Shown piece by piece: positions 9,636 through 18,501 of a stretch of 64,000 nucleotides of DNA. A model generated the notes under the pieces. The model worked only from the letters and a program-made list of their open reading frames with translations, searched no databases and was not told the origin of the DNA. Within the stretch, counting starts at the first letter, position 1. Every line of letters starts with the position of its first letter. This DNA comes from Deferribacterales bacterium. GTDB lineage: Bacteria; Chrysiogenota; Deferribacteres; Deferribacterales; Geovibrionaceae. Both the position numbers and the translations under genes were made by a program. The stretch is taken from assembly GCA_050253075.1 (NCBI GenBank), contig JBFWJS010000007.1:113801-177800 (forward strand), read 5' to 3'.

Positions 9636-10576
9636 GCTTTTTCCTCCGTAACATATTTCGGCAGTTTGCCGTATTTAGCAGGGATTATACCCTGTGGTCT
9701 GAGAACCATGGAAACTATCATTGCTATGCCGAATACAAAGTATCTGTATGTCTGAAACTCTTTGAAGACCTCAGGCAGTACGAACATTATGAATGTACCC
9801 GCCAGAATACCCGGTATTGATGCTTTTCCGCCGACCAGTACGATGGCGAAGAACATTACGGATGTCATGAAGTCGAATGCGCTCGGGCTCACAGCTGTGT
9901 ACTGGATGGTGAAGATGAATCCTGCCAGTCCTGCCATAGCAGCTCCTAGAGCGAAAGAGAATACTCTGTAAAAGCGTGTGTTGATACCGATGCTTTCTGA
10001 TGCTATCGGGTCTTCCTGAATGTAGTGGAGCGCACGTCCTGTCTTGCTCTTCTCGAGGTTTCTGATGATAAGCAGTGTTATCAGCAGAAGCCCGAGAGCC
10101 ATGAAGTAGACTATTACGGGGTTATCGAGATAAACACCCATAACGGCGGCATCCACGCCGAATATGCCGTCGTCTCCGCCTGTCAGCCCGAGGAAGTTGT
10201 TCCTGAGCATCTGGATGAAGACTATGTTGAAGCCCACTGTCGCCACAAGGAGGTAGTCGCCTCTCAGGTGTACGATAGGGCTTGATATCAGTATTGCTAT
10301 AAGGGCAGGTACGATTATAGTAACGGGTATCGCCAGCAGAATGTTAAAACCGAAGTGAACATTCATAATAGCCGTGGCGTATGCGCCCATTCCGAAGAAC
10401 ATCGCATGACCCATGTCGAACATGCCCGCACGTCCGAGAACTATGTCTACGCTGAGAGCAACAACGGAGAAGATGCAGAATGTTGTCGCAATTGTTCTCC
10501 AGAGGTCGTTGCTTACTAAGGGGAGGATGATCATCCCCGCAATAAATATTATGTATCCTAATGTTGATTTTTTCAT
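9632..10576 (-). CDS. livM: LIV-type ABC transporter permease
   Basis: Polytopic membrane protein; GHAMFFGMGAY, LRGDYL, LTGG, RPQGI. Confidence 0.9.
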   Translation of the reverse strand: MKKSTLGYIIFIAGMIILPLVSNDLWRTIATTFCIFSVVALSVDIVLGRAGMFDMGHAMFFGMGAYATAIMNVHFGFNILLAIPVTIIVPALIAILISSPIVHLRGDYLLVATVGFNIVFIQMLRNNFLGLTGGDDGIFGVDAAVMGVYLDNPVIVYFMALGLLLITLLIIRNLEKSKTGRALHYIQEDPIASESIGINTRFYRVFSFALGAAMAGLAGFIFTIQYTAVSPSAFDFMTSVMFFAIVLVGGKASIPGILAGTFIMFVLPEVFKEFQTYRYFVFGIAMIVSMVLRPQGIIPAKYGKLPKYVTEEKA

Positions 10577-11478
10577 TATACCTTCTCCGCTACACGCTCA
10601 CCCAGGATACCCGTCGGACGGAATATAAGGATGATGATAAGTAGAATATAAGTGAAAGCCTCTGCCCACACAGACGATACATAACCCGATATAAGAGCCG
10701 TGAAGAGTCCGAGCAGATATCCGCCCACCATAGACCCGGGGATGTTTCCGATACCGCCGAGGATGGCTGCGATAAATGCGCTGAGACCATAGTTCCAGCC
10801 GAGTGTGAACTCTATGCCTCTGTAATATATACCGATAAAAAGACCGCCCACAGAACCGAGCGCAGCACCGATGATGAAGATGATGATGATAACCATGTTA
10901 ACATTGATGCCCATGAGCTTCGCAGCGTCCTGATTTATGGAGCTGGCTCTGATAGCTGTGCCGTATTTGGTAAAGTTGATAAAGATAGTCAGTGTGATCA
11001 TAAGAACGACTGTGAGTATAAGCATGAATGCCTGAATGAAAGTTATCGTGACACCGAACACTGTCCACGCTGTCTCGGGGAATATCCCTGTCGGGAATGT
11101 GAGAAGATTCGGCCCCCAGTAGAGCATGATACCATTTTGTATCATCATAGATGCACCCAGCGCAGAAACAACTGCTGAAAGTCGGGGAGCATTTCTAAGA
11201 GGACGATATGCCAGACGCTCAAGGATGACGCCTGCTGCGGCAATAATTATTGCTGTAATTAGAAATACCAGTAAAATTACTATAGCCTGCGGCATTCCTG
11301 AACCGACGAACTGTGTGTACAGTACCAGACCTACGTATGCAGAGAGTGCTACCATGTCGCCGTGAGCAAAGTTGATAAGTTTCATAACTCCGTAGACCAT
11401 TGTGTATCCGAGAGCTACGAGTGCGAATATACTTCCAATGGTCAGCCCGTTTACTACTTGCTGTATAAAAATATCCAT
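10576..11478 (-). CDS. livH: LIV-type ABC transporter permease
   Basis: NGLTIGSIFALVALGYTMVYG, INFAHG, ERLAYRPLR, GGIGNIPG, RPTGILG. Confidence 0.93.
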   Translation of the reverse strand: MDIFIQQVVNGLTIGSIFALVALGYTMVYGVMKLINFAHGDMVALSAYVGLVLYTQFVGSGMPQAIVILLVFLITAIIIAAAGVILERLAYRPLRNAPRLSAVVSALGASMMIQNGIMLYWGPNLLTFPTGIFPETAWTVFGVTITFIQAFMLILTVVLMITLTIFINFTKYGTAIRASSINQDAAKLMGINVNMVIIIIFIIGAALGSVGGLFIGIYYRGIEFTLGWNYGLSAFIAAILGGIGNIPGSMVGGYLLGLFTALISGYVSSVWAEAFTYILLIIILIFRPTGILGERVAEKV

Positions 11479-11499
11479 AAAATTTCCTTTGATGCTAAT

Positions 11500-11529
11500 A
11501 ATAAACAGGGCTGTAATTAAACAGCCCTG
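11500..11529 (-). terminator. Stem-loop or weak intrinsic terminator after the substrate-binding protein gene
   Basis: Perfect 9-bp stem CAGGGCTGT-N6-ACAGCCCTG followed on the minus strand by TTTATT. Confidence 0.7.
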
Positions 11530-11542
11530 CTGTGAAAACTTG

Positions 11543-12673
11543 CTATTTAATTACAGGATAGTCTACGCCGTAGGAACCATCTGCCTGTACATCATATACA
11601 TAGAAGATAGAACCAAGACGCTCACCTGCTTCGTTCCACTTGAGAAGACCGGAGAAGCCGTTCAGCTCATTAGTGTGGAGCCAGTCGGAAAGCTTTTTAG
11701 TATCTGTCGTGCCTGTTTTCTCGATAGCTGTGAGGAATGCAAGCATACCGTCAGCATTGAGAAGGGCCCATGTAGAAGGCATTTTTGAACCGTATTCTGC
11801 TTCATATGCAGCGAGGAATTTCTTCGCGCTGTCATAAGCGAGCATGTCAGGTGTAGGAACGTTGATGATCTTAGAACCTGCAGCAGCAGAACCGGCAAGG
11901 TTTGCGAACTCTACGTTGTCGTTAGCATCGCCGCCGATGAAGTCAGCTTCTATACCAAGCTGTCTCTGCTGAGCACGGAGGAGGCCGCCGTCAGAGTAAT
12001 AGCCTGAGAAATAGATAGCATCAGGATTCATAGACTTGATCTTTGTAAGAACAGGTGTGAAGTTCTGGCTTTTTGATTTGATTTTGCTGTAATCGATTAC
12101 GTTACCGCCGACAGCTTTGAGCTCTTTGATAACGGAATCAGCAAGACCTGTAGCATAAGAAGAGAAGTCTGAAACAACAGCTATCTTCTTATATTTTTTA
12201 AAGTTTACCATGTAGTCAGCTGTGAAAACAGCCGCTGCAGAGTTAGGGTTAGAGTTCCTGAAGAATGTCCAGTAGGCATCCTTTACAAGGTCGTCTGATG
12301 TACCGTCAGTTGTCTGAAGAACGCCTGCACGGTAGTAAGTTTTCTGAGCTGCGAGAGCTGCACCGGATGTATAAGAACCGATGACCATTATTACGCCTTT
12401 CTGAACAAGTTCTTTAGCGCAAATGGCAGCTTTCATGGCCTGACCTTCATCGTCACAAGTGAATACTTCGAGCTGCTTGCCGAGAAGTCCGCCTTTTTCG
12501 TTGTACTGCTTAGCGAGGAGTCTAGCGGCATTATCGATACCCTGACCTTCGTTAGCGTACTGTCCTGTGATCGGAGCCTGAACACCGACCTTGATTGTGT
12601 CAGCCGCAAATGCCGTAGCTGCAAAAAGTGCAGATAGCAGTACCGCGAGTGACAGTGTAAAAAGTTTCTTCAT
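11543..12673 (-). CDS. livK: LIV-type ABC transporter periplasmic substrate-binding protein
   Basis: Start moved to ATG 12673 (GGAGG upstream). Signal peptide MKKLF...ATAFA; IKVGVQAPITG, DD, VIGSYTSG, YFSGYY. Confidence 0.88.
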   Translation of the reverse strand: MKKLFTLSLAVLLSALFAATAFAADTIKVGVQAPITGQYANEGQGIDNAARLLAKQYNEKGGLLGKQLEVFTCDDEGQAMKAAICAKELVQKGVIMVIGSYTSGAALAAQKTYYRAGVLQTTDGTSDDLVKDAYWTFFRNSNPNSAAAVFTADYMVNFKKYKKIAVVSDFSSYATGLADSVIKELKAVGGNVIDYSKIKSKSQNFTPVLTKIKSMNPDAIYFSGYYSDGGLLRAQQRQLGIEADFIGGDANDNVEFANLAGSAAAGSKIINVPTPDMLAYDSAKKFLAAYEAEYGSKMPSTWALLNADGMLAFLTAIEKTGTTDTKKLSDWLHTNELNGFSGLLKWNEAGERLGSIFYVYDVQADGSYGVDYPVIK

Positions 12674-12784
12674 ACAATCCCTCCAGATTATTTCCGTGTC
12701 TATGTAAAGCACGGATAGACGTATAAAGTCCTTATAGTCAAGTTATACTTTACTATATTATCCATACTTTATCAATTAATTAGC

Positions 12785-14419
12785 TTACTCCGCTTCCTGA
12801 TGAGGATATCCGATTCCTACAGGCGACACAAAGTTCTCTTTAATTGTGCGTGTGTTAACCCATCTGATGAGGTTGAGGTAACTTCCCGCTTTGTCGTTTG
12901 TGCCTGAACCTCTACCGCCGCCGAACGGCTGCTGGCCAACAACTGCACCTGTAGGTTTGTCGTTGATGTAGAAGTTTCCTGCTGAATCTTCAAGCACTTC
13001 GAACGCCTTGTTGATAGCTGCTCTTTCTGTTGCGAATATTGCGCCTGTGAGGGCGTATTCGTTGCCGGAGTTGCATTTTTCAAGGTATTCTTCGTACTTT
13101 TCATCCTCATAGAATGTAACTGTGAGGACAGGTCCGAATATTTCTTCTTTGAATGTTTTAAACTCAAGGTTTTGTGTTGTAATAACTGTCGGCTCGATGA
13201 ACCATCCTTTGGAATCGTCATAGTTACCGCCGATAACGATCTCAGCGTCAGAAGCCGCTTTTGCATAGTCTATGTAGCTTGTGATGTCTTTGAATGCTTT
13301 TTTAGACACAACAGCAGTCATGAAGTTTCTGAAGTCGAAAGGTGAGCCCATTGTGATAGAGCCTGTCACTTCTTTCATCTTTTTCAGGTATTCGTCTTTC
13401 ATAGAAGCAGGGATGTATGCACGGGATGCTGCGGAGCATTTCTGTCCCTGATACTCGAATGCGCCCCTTACGGATGCTGTTACGAGTGCGTCTATGTCTG
13501 CGGAGCTGTGTGCGAAGATGAAGTCTTTACCGCCTGTTTCGCCTACGATACGTGGGTAAGATTTGTATCCCCATATGTTTTTACCGATTGTTTCCCAGAT
13601 AGTTTTGAAGACCTTTGTGCTTCCTGTGAAGTGGATACCGCCGAAGTCTCTGTCTGAGAATGTTACGTCGGATACGTCTTTAGATTTACAAGGGATGAGG
13701 TTGATTACGCCGTCAGGCATGCCTGCTTCCTTGAAGATCTTCATGATGAGGTATGGAACGTAAACAGCATCTGTAGAAGGCTTCCATATACAAACATTAC
13801 CCATCATAGCAGGTGATGTTGGCAGGTTGCCTGAGATAGCTGTGAAGTTGAAAGGTGTAACAGCGAGGATAAATCCCTCGAGAGGGCGGTACTGAAGGCT
13901 GTTCCACACGCCTTTAGAGTTGTGGAGCGGCTGCTCGGCATATATCTGCTGCATGAAGTATACGTTGAATCTAAGGAAGTCGATAAGCTCACAAGCAGAG
14001 TCAATCTCGGCCTGTACGGCTGTTTTACCGATGGAGAGCATTGTGGCTGCGTTCATCTGTGCACGGTATTTTGTGCTGATGAGCTCTGCTGCTTTGAGGA
14101 AGATGGCGGCACGGTGGAACCAAGGCATTTTGCCCCATTCAACACGGGCTTCCATAGCTTTATCTATCGCAAGTTTGATCTCTTTTGGTCCTGCCTGGTG
14201 GTATTTACCAAGTTTGATAGAGTGATCGAAAGGTGCTGTGATCTCGACAGTATCGCCTGTCTTGATCTCTTTTCCGTCGATTACCACAGGTATCTCTATA
14301 TACTGCTCGGAAAGTTCTTTAAGAGCTGCTTTGAGCTCTGCTTTCTCTTTACTGCCTTCGCGGTATTCGAGAACCGGCTCGTTAGTAGGGTATGGTACGT
14401 TGAAAACACTATTGTTCAT
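12785..14419 (-). CDS. pruA: Delta-1-pyrroline-5-carboxylate (glutamate semialdehyde) dehydrogenase
   Basis: NEPVLEY, PFNFTAI, FTGST, GETGGKDF, FEYQGQKCSA, EEIFGP, INDKPTGAVVGQQPFGG, SGTNDKAG. Confidence 0.95.
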   Translation of the reverse strand: MNNSVFNVPYPTNEPVLEYREGSKEKAELKAALKELSEQYIEIPVVIDGKEIKTGDTVEITAPFDHSIKLGKYHQAGPKEIKLAIDKAMEARVEWGKMPWFHRAAIFLKAAELISTKYRAQMNAATMLSIGKTAVQAEIDSACELIDFLRFNVYFMQQIYAEQPLHNSKGVWNSLQYRPLEGFILAVTPFNFTAISGNLPTSPAMMGNVCIWKPSTDAVYVPYLIMKIFKEAGMPDGVINLIPCKSKDVSDVTFSDRDFGGIHFTGSTKVFKTIWETIGKNIWGYKSYPRIVGETGGKDFIFAHSSADIDALVTASVRGAFEYQGQKCSAASRAYIPASMKDEYLKKMKEVTGSITMGSPFDFRNFMTAVVSKKAFKDITSYIDYAKAASDAEIVIGGNYDDSKGWFIEPTVITTQNLEFKTFKEEIFGPVLTVTFYEDEKYEEYLEKCNSGNEYALTGAIFATERAAINKAFEVLEDSAGNFYINDKPTGAVVGQQPFGGGRGSGTNDKAGSYLNLIRWVNTRTIKENFVSPVGIGYPHQEAE

Positions 14420-14459
14420 CTTTTTCTCCCTTTTTTATTAGAGTTGTAGTGTTGTTGTA

Positions 14460-15380
14460 TTATCTGCCGCCGGTGAGGAAGCCTTTAATGGCTGAGCCCA
14501 CGATGGCCGGGTTTTCCTGAAGTCTGCGTATGCTGTATGGAAGCCAGTCTTCGCCGAACGGTGTGTAAATACGAAGAAGATGTCCTTCAGCAAGTGTGTT
14601 TTTACGGAGTTCGGAACGCACGCCGAGGAGCATCTGGAACTCGTATTGTTCTTTAGTAAGATTGTGCTTTTTAATAAGCTCTTTAGCGCCGTTTACGAGC
14701 ACATCGTCGTGTGTGGCGATGCCGACGTAGGCGTTCTTTTCAAAAAGAAGGTCAAGGCCTTCAAGGAAGTTTTCCTGAACCTTTTTACGGTCGTGGTATG
14801 CGATGTCTGCAGGTTCTTTGTAAATACCTTTGCAAAGACGTATATTTGCCTTTTTAGTATTAGCTGTGATATTTCTGAGGTCATCCAGAGTACGCTTCAT
14901 ACATGACTGTATAACTGTACCGCATGAGCCTTCCATGTCGTTTACTAGCTGAAGGTAAAGGTCAATTGTGTAGTCAGTGTACGGGTTGTTTTCCATATCG
15001 ATACGTACAAATATGTTTCTCTCATATGCATACTTAACAAGCTCTGTGATGTTTGCTGTACAGAAATCCATACCTACGAGTGCACCGAGTGCGGTTGGTT
15101 TGATAGAAATGTTGGAACCGAGCTTTTGTGAAGCGATGTTGTCAAGCACCAGCTTGTACATATCAACAGTAGCTCTTGCCTTTTCAGGGTCTTCGTTAAA
15201 TTCTCCGAGCAGGTCGATTGTTGTTACTGCTCCTACCTCGTTATATTCTCTGGTGAGGTTAAAAGCATCTTCCGGGAAAGCTCCTGCCACATAACGTTTT
15301 GCGAAGAATCTTACAAATCCTTTCGGCATAAAGGGCATCATGTTAGCGATCATTGCATTTATCATTGTATCTTGCTCCAA
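14460..15380 (-). CDS. Monofunctional proline dehydrogenase (start TTG 15380 or ATG 15365)
   Basis: RYVAG, DLLGE, SIKPTALG, RIDME, RLCKGIYKE, IATHD, EFQMLLG, YTPFG, RRLQENP. Confidence 0.95.
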   Translation of the reverse strand: MEQDTMINAMIANMMPFMPKGFVRFFAKRYVAGAFPEDAFNLTREYNEVGAVTTIDLLGEFNEDPEKARATVDMYKLVLDNIASQKLGSNISIKPTALGALVGMDFCTANITELVKYAYERNIFVRIDMENNPYTDYTIDLYLQLVNDMEGSCGTVIQSCMKRTLDDLRNITANTKKANIRLCKGIYKEPADIAYHDRKKVQENFLEGLDLLFEKNAYVGIATHDDVLVNGAKELIKKHNLTKEQYEFQMLLGVRSELRKNTLAEGHLLRIYTPFGEDWLPYSIRRLQENPAIVGSAIKGFLTGGR

Positions 15381-15383
15381 ATA

Positions 15384-15932
15384 TTAGAATGTCGGCGGCG
15401 TATTGACCCATAAGAGTACTGTTTCGCCGTCAAAAATATTTTTCCATCTGTGGGGAACATTTGAGTTATAGAGGGCACTGTCTCCCTCTTCGAGAGTCAT
15501 CTTATTTCCGTCAACGGTGATCTCGACACATCCTTTCAGTACGTATACGAATTCTTCACCCAGATGTATGTTGTACTCGTCACCGCTGTATGCTCCTTTT
15601 TCAAGGATATGATAAAGGGGCTCGAGGACAGAGTTTGCTCCCCTCGGCTTCAGAGATTCATAAACAACCTTTGATGCCTTTGAGCCTATCTTCATTCTGT
15701 TGTCTTTGCGAACTACAACAGCGTCTTTCGGGGAATCGTCGTCTGAGAAGAATGATGTGATGGTAACGCCGAGTGCATCGGCTATCTTTCGGAGGCTGGC
15801 TACAGTGGGGGATATCATGTCGCGTTCGAGCTGCGACAGGAATGATATACTGCATCCGCTGGTCTTGGCCAGATCCCTAAGGGTCATGTTGTGTTTTAGT
15901 CTTAGCTCTTTAATGCTTTTACCAAACTCCAA
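15384..15932 (-). CDS. XRE-family HTH transcriptional regulator with cupin sensor domain
   Basis: HTH region TLRDLA...SFLSQLER...SPT; cupin HLGEEFVYVLKG...EGDS...PHRW; GGAGG upstream of the TTG start. Confidence 0.93.
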   Translation of the reverse strand: MEFGKSIKELRLKHNMTLRDLAKTSGCSISFLSQLERDMISPTVASLRKIADALGVTITSFFSDDDSPKDAVVVRKDNRMKIGSKASKVVYESLKPRGANSVLEPLYHILEKGAYSGDEYNIHLGEEFVYVLKGCVEITVDGNKMTLEEGDSALYNSNVPHRWKNIFDGETVLLWVNTPPTF

Positions 15933-15955
15933 GATAAACCTCCGTTTGATTCATA

Positions 15956-15989
15956 TTGTTCATTATAGTGAACAAATTAAGCATGTCAA
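15956..15989 (-). promoter_or_regulatory. Consensus sigma70 promoter overlapped by a palindromic operator
   Basis: On the minus strand TTGACA (15989-15984), 16-nt spacer, TATAAT (15967-15962). Palindrome TTGTTCA-ttatag-TGAACAA at 15956-15975. Confidence 0.8.
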
Positions 15990-16191
15990 TTAAAATACAC
16001 ACAGGGGTTTGTGTGTAATGTTTAAGTTATTGTGATATTTATGTAAAATATTTGAGTATATCTTTAGTTACAAAGTATTCGATGTGTTAAAATTGAGTAA
16101 CGGTTAATATGTGTTGTTTCATATAATGTATTTTGTTTCAATAAGATAACAGGATTATGGTGAAATTACAGTTTATCGAACAAGGTGAAAC

Positions 16192-16226
16192 AAAAAAAGC
16201 CGCTATGAACACACAGCGGCTTTCTT
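16192..16226 (-). terminator. Intrinsic terminator of leuB
   Basis: AAAGCCGCT...AGCGGCTTT stem with a 7-T tract on the minus strand. Confidence 0.85.
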
Positions 16227-16244
16227 ATTCTCTCTATTTTGAGA

Positions 16245-17318
16245 TTATATTCTGGCAGAGATAAGGTCACCCATCTCGTCTGTTTTAACGAGTTTCTGGT
16301 CAGATCCTTTGGTGTATATATCGCCTGTTCTGTATCCTTCCTCGAGAATAGATTCGATAGCGTTTTCTATAGCACATGCTGCCTCATCCATTGCGAATGT
16401 GTAGCGGAGCATGAGTGCTGCGGAGAGCACCTGTGCGATAGGGTTTGCTATGTTCTGACCTGCGATGTCGGGAGCTGTTCCGCCGATAGGCTCGTAAAGT
16501 CCGAATTTAGACTCGTTGATAGAAGCGGAAGGGAGCATGCCGAGTGAGCCTGTAAGCATAGCGGCAGCATCGGAAAGGATGTCGCCGAACATGTTTCCTG
16601 TAACGATAACGTCGAACTGGGAAGGGTTTCTAACGAGCTGCATAGCTGCATTGTCTACATACATGTGACCGAGCTCTACGTCGGAGTATTCTTTGTGGAG
16701 CTCTGTGATGGTCTCTCTCCATACTATAGAGTTCATCAGTACGTTTGCCTTATCTACGGATGTAACTTTGTTGTTACGTATCTTAGCGGCCTCAAAAGCT
16801 AGTCTGGAGATACGCTCAACTTCAGGCTTGGAATATATCATTGTATCTTTGCCCACTGTTCTGTCTGCGCTGATCTCTTTCGGCTGGCCGAAGTAGATAC
16901 CGCCTGTCAGTTCACGGAAGAAAACTATGTCGAGCCCGTTAGGGATGTATTCTTCCTTAAGGGAGCTGGCTGATTTCAGCGGGTTGAATATCTTGATAGG
17001 TCTGATATTGCAGAAGAGCTTGAAATGAGCTCTCAGAGGGAGCAGGGCGCCTCTCTCAGGCTGCTGGTCAGGTGGGAGAGTCTCCCATTTTGGTCCGCCC
17101 ACAGAGCCGAAAAGGATAGCATCAGACTCTTCGCAGAGCTTCAGTGTGGCATCAGGCAGGGGTGTGCCGTGATTATCTATAGCGATACCGCCTACGTCGG
17201 CGAATGTGAAATCGAATTTTTTACCATATTTTTCAGATACTTTGTTGAGAACCTTGATGGCCTGAGCCATTACCTCAGGTCCTATCCCGTCACCGGGGAG
17301 AACTGCTACTTTTCCCAT
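16245..17318 (-). CDS. leuB: 3-isopropylmalate dehydrogenase
   Basis: [58 protein letters not shown]. Confidence 0.97.
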   Translation of the reverse strand: MGKVAVLPGDGIGPEVMAQAIKVLNKVSEKYGKKFDFTFADVGGIAIDNHGTPLPDATLKLCEESDAILFGSVGGPKWETLPPDQQPERGALLPLRAHFKLFCNIRPIKIFNPLKSASSLKEEYIPNGLDIVFFRELTGGIYFGQPKEISADRTVGKDTMIYSKPEVERISRLAFEAAKIRNNKVTSVDKANVLMNSIVWRETITELHKEYSDVELGHMYVDNAAMQLVRNPSQFDVIVTGNMFGDILSDAAAMLTGSLGMLPSASINESKFGLYEPIGGTAPDIAGQNIANPIAQVLSAALMLRYTFAMDEAACAIENAIESILEEGYRTGDIYTKGSDQKLVKTDEMGDLISARI

Positions 17319-17415
17319 TTATAATACTCCAAAGATTTAATGTTACAGTCGATGATACTATAACAGTATCGGTGTAAAGTCAAACTTAAGATTGTTCCGC
17401 TAGAGTGAAATTATT

Positions 17416-18501
17416 TTAGAGCGCATGCTCACGTCTGTATATCAGAACGAGAGCGAGCGCCATGAAGATACCCAGCGGGATGAAGTTCGCTGCAAGGGGG
17501 GAGAACAGCCCTGTTTTACCGAGGGATTGGAAGGAAGCCATTGTCATCCAGTATGCAAAGCCCGTGAAGAGGGACTTAGAAGCCACCATGATGTATGAGT
17601 GGTTTCTGTTGAAACCGATGCACAGAGGGAATATCACAAGGATTATCACCGGCACGCTGATGGCGTGTGCGTATGATTTATAAAGCTGAAGGTCGTATTT
17701 CGCCGTGTTAAGGTCCTGTCTTTTCATTATCTCTGATGTTTTACGCATCTCTTTGATAGACAGATATTTTGGGCTGAGTACGGGCAGGTCGGCCAGCTCG
17801 TCGAAGAGACTGCGTTTCTCCCTGATCTCAGCATCGTGCTGTTTCAGCATCGGCACAGGATCCATGGTGTAAACATTCTTATTCTGCTCGATCCACTGTC
17901 CTTCTTCGAATGTTGCCGAGTCGTATGTTATCAGCTCGCCCACCTGAAAGTTGTCATTCAAATGATATTCTTTTACACCTATTATCTGTTTAGCTATCGG
18001 GTCCATAAGGGATATGTTTATGAAAACAGTGTCGGATTCCTTGAGCCATAGGTCTGTCAGCTTTCCTGTAACGGTGAATGCCTTATTACGTATTTTTTCA
18101 TATGAGAACTGCTCACGCTTCAGCATTACTTTCGGATTTATGACGTCAGCGGCATAGTAAAGAACCCCTGCGAGAACAAGCCCGCTGAGGATGAAAGGCG
18201 CCGCCAGATTACGTATCTTCCCCCCGAGGGAGACATACGCCGTCAGCTCGTTATTTTTCAGCAGGGTTACCATGCAGAGCATAGTGGATATGACTATTGT
18301 CATCGGCATAGTGGTATAGAGCAGGTAAGGTATCTTCATAAGGTCAAACACGATGAGAGTGAAGAATGTGATGTTATAGTCGTTCAGCATTTTCGTATGC
18401 TGAAAGGTGTTTGCTATGAGCGAAATGATAGCCACGAAAATCTGAACTATCAGTGTATATTTTATGAATAAACGTAAGATATATTTATTAAATTTTGTCA
18501 T
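17416..18501 (-). CDS. lptG: LPS export ABC transporter permease, LptG-like
   Basis: LptF/G layout (3 TM, periplasmic domain, 3 TM); NELTA motif; the ATG at 18501 overlaps the upstream stop as ATGA. Confidence 0.82.
   Translation of the reverse strand: MTKFNKYILRLFIKYTLIVQIFVAIISLIANTFQHTKMLNDYNITFFTLIVFDLMKIPYLLYTTMPMTIVISTMLCMVTLLKNNELTAYVSLGGKIRNLAAPFILSGLVLAGVLYYAADVINPKVMLKREQFSYEKIRNKAFTVTGKLTDLWLKESDTVFINISLMDPIAKQIIGVKEYHLNDNFQVGELITYDSATFEEGQWIEQNKNVYTMDPVPMLKQHDAEIREKRSLFDELADLPVLSPKYLSIKEMRKTSEIMKRQDLNTAKYDLQLYKSYAHAISVPVIILVIFPLCIGFNRNHSYIMVASKSLFTGFAYWMTMASFQSLGKTGLFSPLAANFIPLGIFMALALVLIYRREHAL

Noticed and set aside
16020..16190. AT-rich stretch as a foreign DNA boundary or replication origin
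   Set aside because: I saw no DnaA-box cluster or mobile-element ends; it is consistent with an upstream regulatory region.
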